This document shows, one piece after another, positions 1 to 10,402 of a stretch of 64,000 nt of DNA (the first letter of the stretch is position 1; each line of letters opens with the position of its first letter). Below the pieces are notes generated by a model. The model saw only the letters and a list, made by a program, of their open reading frames with translations, made no database searches and was not told where the DNA came from. The stretch spans positions 192,001-256,000 of the forward strand of contig CAWGMQ010000007.1 in the NCBI GenBank assembly GCA_963823665.1, read 5' to 3'. The position numbers and the translations under genes were made by a program. Source of the stretch: an uncultured Planctomycetota bacterium (GTDB lineage: Bacteria > Planctomycetota > Planctomycetia > Isosphaerales > Isosphaeraceae).

Positions 1-175
1 TTTAGCGACTTTGAGGAAACTCGGATAAAGGCGGAACGAGCTTTCGGTCGAAAAGATCATGTGCTCACCTGGTCGCACCGACTGCTCGTCGATGAGTCTG
101 GGGCGAAAGCATAGATGCGGGTGTCCCGCCTGCACTCGCCAGGACGCTCATGATTCGTACGCTGGGGGTCGACTG

Positions 176-1306
176 ATGGCAGGAAGCCATATTCGCCGCC
201 TGCGAGGCGCCCCGTTCGCGGCAGCGCTCGCTCTCTCGTTATTTGCGTTCACCGCTCGCGCTCGGGCACAAAACCCGTCGCCACCGGTACCAACGGCAGG
301 ACTACCGGACCAGAATCTCTCCGATCTATTCGATTCTGAATCACCCACGCCCGACCCGAACGCCGGCCTGATGACCGTTCCTCAGCCGTTGTACTACCCC
401 GTCCCTGGCGCGGGACCGACGGCACCCCGGGTCGTACAGGGGTGCTTCGGCACGATCACCGAGTCGATCTTCGGCCACCCCGATCCGGACACCTGGGCGC
501 CGCTGCCGTGCTCGACACTCTTCAGCGAAGGTTGGGACGAAGCCTGGGTGCCTTCGCCCAACGGTTCCGGCGGCGCACCGCGGCAGGGCTGGATCAATGC
601 CGCGGACGGCAACATGTACCGGCTGTGGTTCTTCACGTTCGCCGAGGCGTTCAACCAGGGCGACAAGAGCAACGCCTACCTCGGTGCCTACACCCTCTAC
701 ACGCCGCTCAGCCGTCGCCTGCTCCTGATCACGAACATCCCCTTCGTGCTCCGCAACAACGCTGCCAGCGGGTTACCCATCATCTCCCCGACGGGGCAGA
801 CGAATCCGACGTCGCAGAACCACACGACATTCGGCGATATCTCGTTCACGCCCCGCGTCTTGCTGCACGAGACGCAAGACTTCTCGCTCACGGCCGAGGT
901 CGCGGCGCTGGTCCCGACCGGCAACCAGCCCCTTGCGGGAAAGACCGCCCTGACCCCGGCCATCAGTTTCTGGAACAATTTCGCGGGCCGGTGGGTGGTT
1001 CGGGGCGGAATCGGTGACTACATCCCGCTCGGTGGCGGTGGGTCTGACAGTCTGATCAGCCAGCTCGCCATCGGTCAGACCTTGACCGATCACGACGTGC
1101 CGCTGGTCGGCGACTTCACCTGGTACGTCTCGGCGGTGGCGAACACCCCCCTTCGCGACGGTCAACATACCAGCGTGACGCTGACCCCCGGCATGCGAAC
1201 CCACGTGGGAAACGACTGGTATTTCCTGGCCGGGCTACCGACGCCATTGACCAACCAGCGAATCGGCGACATCGGCATGATCTTCTGGTTCATGAAAGCC
1301 TGGTGA
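176..1306 (+). CDS. Probable outer-membrane beta-barrel / transporter-like protein (Phenol_MetA_deg-like)
   Basis: Signal peptide ending ARA-Q and a Pro-rich N-terminus. Then alternating amphipathic strands (FGDISFTPRVLL, FSLTAEVAALVPTG, VTLTPGMRTHVGNDWYFLAG) and a C-terminal aromatic residue (FMKAW). ATG176 chosen over 59. Confidence 0.6.
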   Translation: MAGSHIRRLRGAPFAAALALSLFAFTARARAQNPSPPVPTAGLPDQNLSDLFDSESPTPDPNAGLMTVPQPLYYPVPGAGPTAPRVVQGCFGTITESIFGHPDPDTWAPLPCSTLFSEGWDEAWVPSPNGSGGAPRQGWINAADGNMYRLWFFTFAEAFNQGDKSNAYLGAYTLYTPLSRRLLLITNIPFVLRNNAASGLPIISPTGQTNPTSQNHTTFGDISFTPRVLLHETQDFSLTAEVAALVPTGNQPLAGKTALTPAISFWNNFAGRWVVRGGIGDYIPLGGGGSDSLISQLAIGQTLTDHDVPLVGDFTWYVSAVANTPLRDGQHTSVTLTPGMRTHVGNDWYFLAGLPTPLTNQRIGDIGMIFWFMKAW

Positions 1307-1339
1307 GCCAAGCCGGAACCTGGCGCAAGCCGACGATCC

Positions 1340-1373
1340 GAGCCCCGAGGACTCTTCCTGTCCTCCGGGGCTC
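1340..1373 (+). terminator. GC-rich hairpin after the barrel gene (possible terminator)
   Basis: GAGCCCCG-AGGAC / GTCCT-C-CGGGGCTC inverted repeat 34 nt after the stop codon; the U-tract is weak. Confidence 0.35.
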
Positions 1374-1581
1374 CTCGTGTTGTTGGCACCGAGTCGCCGG
1401 AATCGCAACAACCAGTTTCATGCTTGAGAGTATGGGCGCTTGACGATTGTTCGGTGATGTGCCTAGCTTTTGCGGGCTGCGCATATTAGGTTGGCGTGCG
1501 CTGGAGCGAAGCGACATCGCGTTGCACACGGAAGAGTGCCTCTTCTGCGCGAGCGCACACGGTCCCATGGGAGTATGCATC

Positions 1582-1965
1582 ATGACACGCAACTTCAAGG
1601 TAAGTCTGCTAGTCGCATCGATGCTCTTCGTTTTGTGGACGACAGCGTCGGAGGCGTGCTGCTGGCGCCGCCGGTCATGTAACCGGTGCAACTACCAATC
1701 GGGGTGCACCTACGGGAGCCCCACAGGCTACTACAGTTCTGGCCAGGGCGGGTACGTCACGGGTGGCGGCGGTTACTATGGTGGCGGCTATCAGCAGGGT
1801 GGTTACGCCCAGCCCGGTTACGTCCAGCCCGGTTACGCCCAGCCCGGTTACGCCCAGCCCGGTTACGCCCAGCCCGGCTACAATCCGGGCGGCCTCGGTG
1901 GGCCGGCATCCGGTATTGGTGTGCGGCCCGGCATGGGCGCCGGCGGTTTCGGCCCGGGGCGCTGA
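1582..1965 (+). CDS. Small secreted Cys-rich / Gly-Tyr-Gln-Pro low-complexity protein
   Basis: GGGAG RBS, signal peptide (TASEA-C), CCWRRRSCNRC head, then GGY and GYAQP repeats. Confidence 0.75.
   Translation: MTRNFKVSLLVASMLFVLWTTASEACCWRRRSCNRCNYQSGCTYGSPTGYYSSGQGGYVTGGGGYYGGGYQQGGYAQPGYVQPGYAQPGYAQPGYAQPGYNPGGLGGPASGIGVRPGMGAGGFGPGR
1801..1875 (+). repeat. Five tandem 15-bp repeats GGTTACGCCCAGCCC (GYAQP)
   Basis: Read directly; one copy has a single substitution (GYVQP). Confidence 0.95.
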
Positions 1966-2179
1966 ACGTCCACAGGTTCTCCGATCACCCCGCGGTCGCG
2001 CCGGCCTGAACTGCGGGCTCAGTCAGGGCCGTGTCAGCGACGGCCAGTTGAGGGGCGCTGCGGCCGGATACTCTGCGGCCGGCCGCAGGTGAGGAGATCC
2101 GCATTGCAACCAACACGGCCAGGCGTCACTCCGCTGGCGCCTCGGCTGTTCGATTGAATCGCTCCGGCCGCCGTGGAAT

Positions 2180-2276
2180 TCAACTCGGGCGCGCTGCCGG
2201 TGTACGACTGGCCGGGCACGAGGCCCTCGACGTGGAAGCGCCCCTCGGCGTCGATCTTGACGTGTGATAGGATCAT
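2180..2276 (-). pseudogene. Short remnant of a carboxypeptidase-regulatory-like repeat module
   Basis: MILSHVKIDAEGRFHVEGLVPGQSY resembles the TDAEGRF...LVPG..Y repeats of the adjacent ECF protein; its ATG overlaps the ECF stop (ATGA). Confidence 0.35.
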
Positions 2277-5056
2277 GCGTCCGGGTTGACGGTGATCTCG
2301 CCCAGCTCGAGCGTCCGGCCGACCTCGGCGACGAACTCCTTCTTGGTCACCCAGTTCCCCTCGCCGGCGAGGATGCGGTACGTCACGCCGGGGATCAGGG
2401 TCGGGTACGTCACCCATCCCTGGGCGTCGGTGGCCAGCGGCCCGTAGCGCGAGTGGTCCATGTTCACGACGAGGGATCCCTCGGTCTCCGGGCCCCCGCC
2501 GGCAAAGCGCATCTCGAGCTCGATCATCGGCCGGCGGCTCACCTGGAACTGCACGTCGGCGAACGGTTGGCCCTGCGCGTCGATGAACCGCGCCCGGGCC
2601 GAGCCGCAGCGCTCGAGCCTCACGGTCGCCGGCCGGTCGAGGTCGGACCCGGAGAACGTCGCGACCCGGCCCAGTTGGTTCTTCGTGTCGAGGAAGTACA
2701 CCGTCACCGGCTTCGCCGGGTCGAGGCCGACCAGCTCGAACGTGCCGTCCCCGGCCGTCCGCGGGTTCTGGCCGTCCCAGCCGATAATCTCCGCACCCGT
2801 CGCGGGCCGTCCGGCCGGGTCGAGCATGCGCCCGCGGAGGGCCTTGCCGATTCGCAGCGTGATGGTCGCCTCGACCTCCGCGCCGGCCGGCGCGTCCACG
2901 GCCAACAGGCCGTCGGGATGCAGCCTCGCGCCGCCCGGCACGCCGCTCTTGATGTCGCCGTCGGTCGTCTCGACGTTGATGCAGTGGTGCTCGGGGGCCT
3001 CGACCAGGAGGTGCCCCGGGCCGGGCAGGACGCCGATCCGGAAGGACCCATCTGGCCCGGTGACGGCCGTCGGCTGGCGGCCGCCTTGAACAGCGACCGC
3101 TTCCTCCTGGAAGTTCGGATTGCCGGCCCGCCGCGGCCAGTACTCGAGGATGGCCCCGGCCACCGCGCGGCCCGATGGCGACTCCATCACCCGGCCCTTG
3201 ACCAGCACCCCGCGCGGCAAGATCACGTCGATCTGCTGGCTCAGGCCCTGCGTCGCCGCCGCGACGACCCGGCGGAACGCGAAGGGCGAGCCCTCGGGCG
3301 GATACACCAAGACCTCATGGCTCTCGCACCGCGGCACGTTGACGCGGAACCGGCCCTCCGCATCGGTCCGGCCACCGATCCGGATGCCCTGCGGGTCCTC
3401 CTCCGGTTTGGAATGGCTGATCACGAGGAACTTCGCACCCGTCGCGACGGGACCCGATTCGCCTAGCCGCACGCGGCCCTCGAGCCAGTGGGCGGGCGTC
3501 AGCGTGAACGTGGGCGTAGCCGCCCCGTTCGCGGCCGCCTGCCCTGCGCGGAGCCCGACTCGCTGGACGGCGAAGCGATCGTCGAGGACCTCCAGGGAGA
3601 ATTCGGTGTCGCGCGCCAGGCCGGGGATCCTCAATTGCCCCTGGTCGTCGGCGATCATCATCCCGAGCCAGCCCGGCAAGGGGCGGTCGGGGGCCGAGGT
3701 CATGAAGATGGCGCAGAGGGTGGGCTTCCTCTTCCACAGCGTGGCCACGCGGAACCTGGCTCGACTCGCGGGCCTCCCCTCCAGGTCGAGCAGGCGGATG
3801 CAAACGGGCTCCTCCGGATCGAGGCGGATCGTGGCCTCCTTTCCCTCGTCGGGGATCGAGCTGTGCAGGCCCGCCGCGTATCCCGGCCGGTAGGCGACCA
3901 AGTCGGCCATGCAATAGTTATCGAAGAACTTGCGCGGCGCCTCGAGGACGAATCGGCCCTCGGCATCGGTCCGCGCCGGCCCCAGCGTGCGGCTGGTCTC
4001 GACGCTCATCGTCAGCGGCCGCGGCAGGTTGACCACGACGAAGACCTCCGCGCCCGCCGCCGGCTTGCCGTCGGGCATGAGCACGCGGCCGCGGATCGGT
4101 ATCGTCTCGCCCTTCTTGGGCCGGGCCGGAGCCGCGGCGACGGCCGGCGCGGGGCCGCCCTTCATGATCTGCGGCGATGCCGCGGGCATCCGGTCGTCGC
4201 CGTCGATCGAAGTCGCGGCCAGGGCGGCGGCCAGCCCGGTCAGCGCGGCGACCAGGAGCGCCGCCGCGGCGATCGCCTTGAACCGGGCGATCATCATGCC
4301 CCGAGCCGCCTGCTTCATCAGGACGATCGTCGTCGCGGAGGCCGCGGTGGCGGATTCGCCCAGGGCGAGGTGGCGGGCGGACCGGACGGCGGACCGCAGC
4401 AGTGCCGCCGGGACCGGCGCCGCCGCGCCCGGCGCGGCGACGCCGGCGAGCGTCACCCCGCGCCGGCTCAGCCGGGCGCGCAGCAGCTCCCGCGCACGCG
4501 CCAGCCGGCCCCGCGTCGTCGCCTCGCTCCAGCGCAGGTGGCTCGCGGCCCGCTGATAGGTCATGTCCTCGAGGTAGCAGAGGACGACCGGCCGGCGGTA
4601 GCGGTCGGGCAGGCGATCGATCTCCTGGTGGATCACCGCGGCGGTGTCGTCGTGCCATGAGTCCGGCGCAATCGCCTCTCCGGTTCGCTCGGCCGCGCGG
4701 CGCTCCTGGTCGCGGCGCCGGGCCGCGTCCGACTTGACCTGCAGGGCAATCCGCCAGGCCACACGATGCAGCCAGCCGCCTACCGAGTTGTCGTCCCGGA
4801 TCGACCGGGCCTTGCGCGCCAGCAGCAGGAAGGCGGCCTGGAAGGCATCGTCGGCGTCGTTGGAGTCATCCAACACGCGGCGGCAGACGCCCATCACCAT
4901 CGACCCGTGCCGCCGGACCAGCGCCTCGAAGGCCAGCTCATCGCGGTTCGCGAGGTATCGTTCCAGGAGCCGGGCATCGGGCAAGCCCGTCAGAATCCCC
5001 TCGTCAAGGAGGCGGCAAATCTGCTGCAGGGCGGTGTCGCGTCGCGCGCTGGCCAT
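2273..5056 (-). CDS. Planctomycete-type ECF sigma factor with a TM segment and long C-terminal extension (carboxypeptidase-regulatory-like repeats)
   Basis: Sigma region 2 (AFEALVRRHGSMVMGVCRRVL...DADDAFQAAFLLL) and region 4 (LPDRYRRPVVLCYLEDMTY...RGRLARAR). Hydrophobic segment follows, then repeated GRV..PDGKPA / TDAEGRF motifs. Confidence 0.9.
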   Translation of the reverse strand: MASARRDTALQQICRLLDEGILTGLPDARLLERYLANRDELAFEALVRRHGSMVMGVCRRVLDDSNDADDAFQAAFLLLARKARSIRDDNSVGGWLHRVAWRIALQVKSDAARRRDQERRAAERTGEAIAPDSWHDDTAAVIHQEIDRLPDRYRRPVVLCYLEDMTYQRAASHLRWSEATTRGRLARARELLRARLSRRGVTLAGVAAPGAAAPVPAALLRSAVRSARHLALGESATAASATTIVLMKQAARGMMIARFKAIAAAALLVAALTGLAAALAATSIDGDDRMPAASPQIMKGGPAPAVAAAPARPKKGETIPIRGRVLMPDGKPAAGAEVFVVVNLPRPLTMSVETSRTLGPARTDAEGRFVLEAPRKFFDNYCMADLVAYRPGYAAGLHSSIPDEGKEATIRLDPEEPVCIRLLDLEGRPASRARFRVATLWKRKPTLCAIFMTSAPDRPLPGWLGMMIADDQGQLRIPGLARDTEFSLEVLDDRFAVQRVGLRAGQAAANGAATPTFTLTPAHWLEGRVRLGESGPVATGAKFLVISHSKPEEDPQGIRIGGRTDAEGRFRVNVPRCESHEVLVYPPEGSPFAFRRVVAAATQGLSQQIDVILPRGVLVKGRVMESPSGRAVAGAILEYWPRRAGNPNFQEEAVAVQGGRQPTAVTGPDGSFRIGVLPGPGHLLVEAPEHHCINVETTDGDIKSGVPGGARLHPDGLLAVDAPAGAEVEATITLRIGKALRGRMLDPAGRPATGAEIIGWDGQNPRTAGDGTFELVGLDPAKPVTVYFLDTKNQLGRVATFSGSDLDRPATVRLERCGSARARFIDAQGQPFADVQFQVSRRPMIELEMRFAGGGPETEGSLVVNMDHSRYGPLATDAQGWVTYPTLIPGVTYRILAGEGNWVTKKEFVAEVGRTLELGEITVNPDA

Positions 5057-5167
5057 GGCGTTCTCCCCCGTTGACACGCGGTTTCCTCTAATATACTGAG
5101 GGCCGGCCACGGCGGGTCCGCACGACCAATCCGCAATGCGACACATCGGCCGGTTCCTCCTGGTTAC

Positions 5168-6292
5168 CTACTTGGTCACCGCGATGGACTTGCGGAACTG
5201 GCCAATGCTGAAGGCGAAGAAGCCCAGGCCGATGGCGGCGACCGCGAGGAACTGCGGCCAGACGGTCTCGATCCCAGCGCCCGGAAGATGATGGCCTGGG
5301 AGAAGCTGACGAAGTGACGTGAGGGGAGCAAGAGCGTGAGGCGCTGCATCCAGAGAGGCTGACTCTCCACTGGCGTGCTACCGCCCGAGAGGAGTTGCAG
5401 GACGATGATGACCAGGATGATCAGGAGCGCGAACTGGGCCATCGACCGGGAGATGGTGCCAAGGTAGAGCCCAAGCGCCGTGGCGAAGAACAGGTAGAGC
5501 ACGACACCCAGGAGGAACAGCGGGAGCGAGCCGGCGATCGGCACGTCCAGCAGGGTGCGAACGACCAGGAACATCGAGGCGGTGACGGCGGTGAGGATGA
5601 CCAGGCCGTTGGCCCAAACCTTGGACATGGCGATCTCGAACGGTGTCAGCGGCAAGGTGAGGAGGTGCTCGATGGTGCCGTGCTCGCGCTCTCGGATCAG
5701 GGCGGCCCCGGTGAGGACCACCGTGAGCGTGGTGATCTGGTTGATGAGGGCCACGATGGCGCCGAACCAGGAGGCCTCGCCGTTGGGGTTGAACGCTTTG
5801 CGGATGACCACGCGAAGCGGAAGCTCCGGCTTCGCGTCAGTCCGGTGGATGAATGAGTTGACGCGATCGATCAGGATGTTCTTGATGTAGCCGGCACCGA
5901 TGCTGGCCTGCTGCATCGCCGTGGCGTCCACGTCAACCTGGATCTGGGCGGGCCGGCCACGACGAAGGTCGAGCTCGAACCGGGGCGGAATGGAGACGAT
6001 GAACATGTAATTGACCGCGGTCCATGGAGGCGGTGGCGTCTCCGGACGCGATGATCTGCGGGTGCTGGAAGCGGGGTGGGTAGAACGCGGCGATCAGCTC
6101 CTTGGAGAGCTGCGACTGGTCCTCGTCGATGAATGCGAGGCTGGCGTTGTTCACCTCGGACTTGACGCCGCGGGCCTGCGAGATGATCGCCAGCGTGAAC
6201 GCGTACAGGATGAAGACGACGAGCACGGGGTCGCTCGCCAGGCTACGCAACTCCTTCAGACCGAGCCAGAGTATGTTGGCGGCGCGACCCAT
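5168..6292 (-). CDS. yhhJ: ABC-2 type permease, YhhJ-like (frameshifts near 6010 and 5280)
   Basis: LGLKELRSL N-terminus, DATAMQQA, IREREHGTIEHLL and LSGGSTPVESQP, split across frames. Confidence 0.8.
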
Positions 6293-6294
6293 GG

Positions 6295-9172
6295 CTAGGT
6301 CTCCTGGCGCGGCAGACCCGCGACGCTGAAGCCGATCAGGACGGGGATGAAGGCGGCCAGGGCGAGGGCGTCGATCCAGAGGCCCTCGACCCCCAGGCCC
6401 TTGGTGAACGCGCCGACGCTGGCGTGCATGTAGTACGTGGTGGGCCAGATCGTGCCAAGGACACGGGCGCCGCCGTCGAGGGTGGAGACGGGCTGGAGCA
6501 TGCCTGAGAACTGGGTGGTCGGCAGGATGGTGAGGATCGCCGTGATGAATACGGCCGCCACCTGGCTGGAGGTAAAGGTGGCAACGAGCATGCCCAGCGA
6601 GGTGGTGGCCGTGACGTAGAGCAGGGCGCAGACCGTCAGCATCCAGCCGCTCCCCTTCAGCGGCACGCCGAAGACGGCCACCGCCATCAGCAGCAGGAGG
6701 ACGTGGTTGATCATGCCGATCGACGATGTACGGTAGCTGCTTGCCGGCGAGGAACTCGATGCGCCGGGTCGGTGTGACATAGAAATTGATGATCGAGCCC
6801 AGTTCCTTCTCGCGGACGATGCTGACGGCCATCAGGATCGCCGGGATCAAGATCAGCAAGATGGCCGGCACGCTGGGGACGATCGCATAGAGGCTCTCGA
6901 ACGTGGGGTTGTAGACGAAGCGCGTCTCCACCTCGAACGCGGTCTGGCCCGGGAGCACCCTGGAACTGCTCCGCCCCTGCTCGCGCAGGAAGTTGTTGTG
7001 CACGCCCACGACGTACTGGCGGAGGCTCTCGGCGCGGTTGGTCGGCGCGCCGTCGACCCAGGCGGTGATCTCGCCCGGATCGCCCTTATGGATGTTCCGG
7101 CCGAAGTTGGACGCGACCTCGAGGGCGACCTCGATCTCGTGCGATTCGAGCCGGCGCTGCATCTCCTCGGGGGTCTGGCCCGGCGGGTGGGGGACGTAGT
7201 ATCGTGAGCCCTCGAAGGCCGCGAGGTAGGCCCGGCTCTCGGGCGAGCGATCGAGGTCGAGATAGGAGAAGCGGATGTTCTCGACGTCGGTGGTGATGCC
7301 GAAGCCGAAGGCGAGCATCATGAGGGCCGAGCCGACAAAGGCAAAGAGGAGACGGACAGGGTCGCGCTCGATCTCCTGGGCCTCGCGCCGGCTGTAGGCG
7401 AGCATCCGTCCCAGGCTGAACCCGATCCGGTCATCGTCATCGTGCGCGGGGGCTGCCGCCGCGGCGGCGGTCGCGGCGGCCGCAACGCCCGGGTCGGCAC
7501 CATCCTTGTTCTTCGATTCCGGCGCGTCGGCGGGTAGCGTCGGTGATGTAAGCGATGAAGGCGGTCTCGAGGTCGTCGGTACCGCGGCTGGCCATGAGCT
7601 GGGCCGGGGTGTCGCAGGCCAGGACGGTCCCGGCGTGCATCAAGGAGATGCGGTCGCAGCGCAAGGCCTCGTTCATGAAGTGAGTGGAGACGAAGATCGT
7701 GACGCCCTGGCGGCGGGAGAGGTCGATCAAGAGCTCCCAGAACTCGTCGCGGGCGACGGGGTCGACACCGGAGGTGGGCTCATCGAGCAGAAGCATGTCG
7801 GGCTCGTGCAGAACGGCGACAGCCAGGGACAGCCGTTGCTTGAGCCCCAGGGGAAGCTCCTCCGAGGCCGCTTCGAAATGGGCGCGGAGGCCGAACCGAT
7901 CGACAAGCTCGTCGATCCGGGCGCCGGGCACGGTCGCGGGGGAGGTTGAAGATGCGGGTGTGGAGGTCGAGGTTCTGACGGACCGTGAGCTCGCCGTAGA
8001 GGGAGAAGGCCTGCGACATGTAGCCGACGCGCTTGCGCGTGGCCAGGTCGTTGGCGTCCACCGGATCACCGAAGAGCTTGGCCTCGCCCTCGGTGGCGGG
8101 CAGGAGCCCGGTCAGCATCTTCATCGTGGTGGACTTTCCGCAGCCGTTGGAGCCGAGGAAACCGAAGATCTCGCCGCGGCCGATGGCGAAGTTGACGCGG
8201 TTCACGGCGGTGAAGGAGCCAAACCGTTTGGTGAGGTCGGTGGCCTGGATCGCGGGCTCCCCCCCGGGGTCGACGCGGGGGGGGATCTCCAGGGCGTGGC
8301 GCCCGCCCGCCGCGGCGCCCGGCAAGAGCGCGACGAATGCGTCCTCCAGGTTTGCGGCACCGGTGCGTTCCATGAGCTGGCCGGGCGTGCCGGTGGCGAT
8401 GACGCGGCCCGCGTCCATGGCGATGGTCCAATCGAAGCGCTGGGCCTCGTCCATGTAAGCGGTGGAGACCAGCACGCTCATGCCGGGCCGATCGGCGCGG
8501 ACGCGGTCGATAAGCGACCAGAACTGCTGGCGGGAGAGAGGATCGACGCCGGTGGTCGGCTCGTCGAGGATGAGCAGGTCGGGGTCGTGGATCAGGGCGC
8601 CGCAGAGGCCGACCTTCTGCTTCATGCCGCCGGAGAGCTTGCCGGCGGGGCGATCGGGGAACGGCCCCAGTCCCGTGGCGTCGAGCAGGGCGCGGATGCG
8701 GCCGGCGCGCTCGGCGTCGGGTACGCCGAAGAGCCTGGCAAAGAAGTCGATGTTCTCGAAGACGCTGAGCTCCAGGTAGAGGTTCTTGCCCAGACCCTGG
8801 GGCATGAAGGCGATTCGCGGGCAGGCGGCGTCACGGTGGGCGGCTTCGTTCATGTCGCCGCCCAGGACGTTGACCGAGCCGGCCTGAATCTTCTTCGAGC
8901 CCGCGATCAGGCCCATGAGCGTGGACTTGCCGACGCCGTCGGGGCCGATCAGGCCGACCATGACTGCCGGCGGGGATGTCGAGATCGAGGGCGTCGAGCG
9001 CGCGGGTGGTCCCGTAAGTGTGGGAGACGCCGCGGACCGATGCCACCGGCGCCGTGTCACGGTCCGGAGGGGTGGAAATGCCCACGCTGGTCCCTCCATG
9101 GTCGCCCTTCGCTCCGCGAAGGGATTCCTCACCGTCCGAAGGGGTGGACATGCCCACGCTGGGGGAGGCCAT
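6295..9172 (-). CDS. rbbA: Ribosome-associated ATPase / ABC exporter RbbA-like (2 NBD + permease), several frameshifts
   Basis: Walker A motifs GPDGVGKST and [16 protein letters not shown], two LDEPT.GVDP motifs, permease motif [16 protein letters not shown]. Frame changes near 8965, 7930, 7500 and 6722. Confidence 0.85.
9062..9162. repeat. Two 29-bp direct repeats (27/29 identical) flanking a 43-bp spacer that contains a palindromic REP-like unit
   Basis: GTCCGGAGGGGTGGAAATGCCCACGCTGG at 9062-9090 and GTCCGAAGGGGTGGACATGCCCACGCTGG at 9134-9162; GTCGCCCTTCGCTCCGCGAAGG at 9101-9122. Confidence 0.85.
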
Positions 9173-9185
9173 CGCGTCGCCCTCG

Positions 9186-10275
9186 TCAAGGCCGGGAGGC
9201 CGGCGTTTCCGGTCGGGAGGTAGGGGCCGCTTGGCCCTCGGCGACGCTCGAGCCCGCCGGTTTTCCGGCCGCCGCTGGCGGCTTGGGAGTGAGCCCCGGG
9301 AACGGACGGTCGAGCCGTTCGGGCCAGGCGGCCGAGTCGTCGAGCCGGACGTAGCCGACGCCGCGGATGCCGGTCTTGATTCGCTCGATGACGGCCAGGA
9401 CGCGCTCCTGGCGGGACGCTCAGCTTCACGCGGAACATCAACTTGTCGCGCTCGCTCCGGGTCTCGACTTCCTTGGGCGTGAACTGCGCCTCCGGGGCGA
9501 CAAACGTCACCTTGGCGCGGGCGGCGTACTCGGGGGCGATGTCCAGGACGATCCGCGCGTCGGCGCCGAGCTTTGTCTTCACGGCGTCCTGAGCCGGCAG
9601 GTAGATCTCCATGTACACATCGCCAAGGTTGACCAGGGTGAGAACCTTGCCGCCGCTGCCCAGCACCTCGCCCTCCTCGGCCAGCCGGTAGAGGACCCGA
9701 CCCTCGACGGTCGAGTTGAGGGTCATGTCGTTGATCCGCGATTGGACCGTCGCCGCCTCGGCCTTGGCCGCTTCGACCGACTTCTTGGCCGTGTTAAGCC
9801 GTGCCTTCTCGCCGTCGAGCGCCGCGCGGCGAGTCTTGGCCAGAGTCTCCTTGATGTCGTAATTCTCGCGCGACGTGGCCTTGCGGGCGTAAAGGCTGCG
9901 CTCTCGTTCGAACTCGACCTCGGCCAGCTTGAGCTGGCTGTCAGCCAGGACGATGTCGGCATCGACCTCGAGGGCCTTTGCCTCCTGCTCGGCGACGGTC
10001 GCCTGGGCTCGCGCCAGCTCCGCCTGCAGTGTGACGGTATCCATCTTGGCCACGACCTGACCGGCATGGACCATGTCCCCCTCGTGGACGAGGATCTTCT
10101 CCACCCGGCCCGGCTCCTTGGTCGTCACGTCCACCTGGACCGATTCAACTCGCCCATTTCCCGAGGCAAACCCGGGCGGCAGCGCGTTCAGTCGGGCCTG
10201 GTAGAACTGCCAGATGAGGACCCCGACCCCGGCGACGACGGCGAGCGCGACGACCCAGAACGTTTTCCCCTTCAT
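9186..10275 (-). CDS. HlyD-family membrane fusion protein, YhiI-like (frameshift near 9410)
   Basis: N-terminal [11 protein letters not shown], coiled coil, [26 protein letters not shown]-terminus [13 protein letters not shown] lies in another frame. Confidence 0.85.
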
Positions 10276-10402
10276 CGCGCACGCTCCCAAGGATTTGTTG
10301 AAACGACGACACTTGTCGATGTGATATCGCGAAACCCGTTACATTATCCGGCGCTGATCCCACGTCAGCAAGGGCCAGGTCTTTTCTGATCGCTGAGATC
10401 TA

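Noticed and set aside
5071..5097. Near-consensus plus-strand TTGACA...TATACT antisense promoter
   Set aside because: The spacer is only 15 nt and there is no downstream plus-strand gene.
9062..9162. CRISPR-like repeat-spacer-repeat (29/43/29 bp)
   Set aside because: Only two imperfect repeats, in frame inside a CDS, and no cas genes.
7780..10290. Apparent HlyD-ABC ATPase fusion ORF (836 aa)
   Set aside because: Produced by frameshifts; the natural HlyD C-terminus (stop at 9186) and the RbbA N-terminus exist in other frames.
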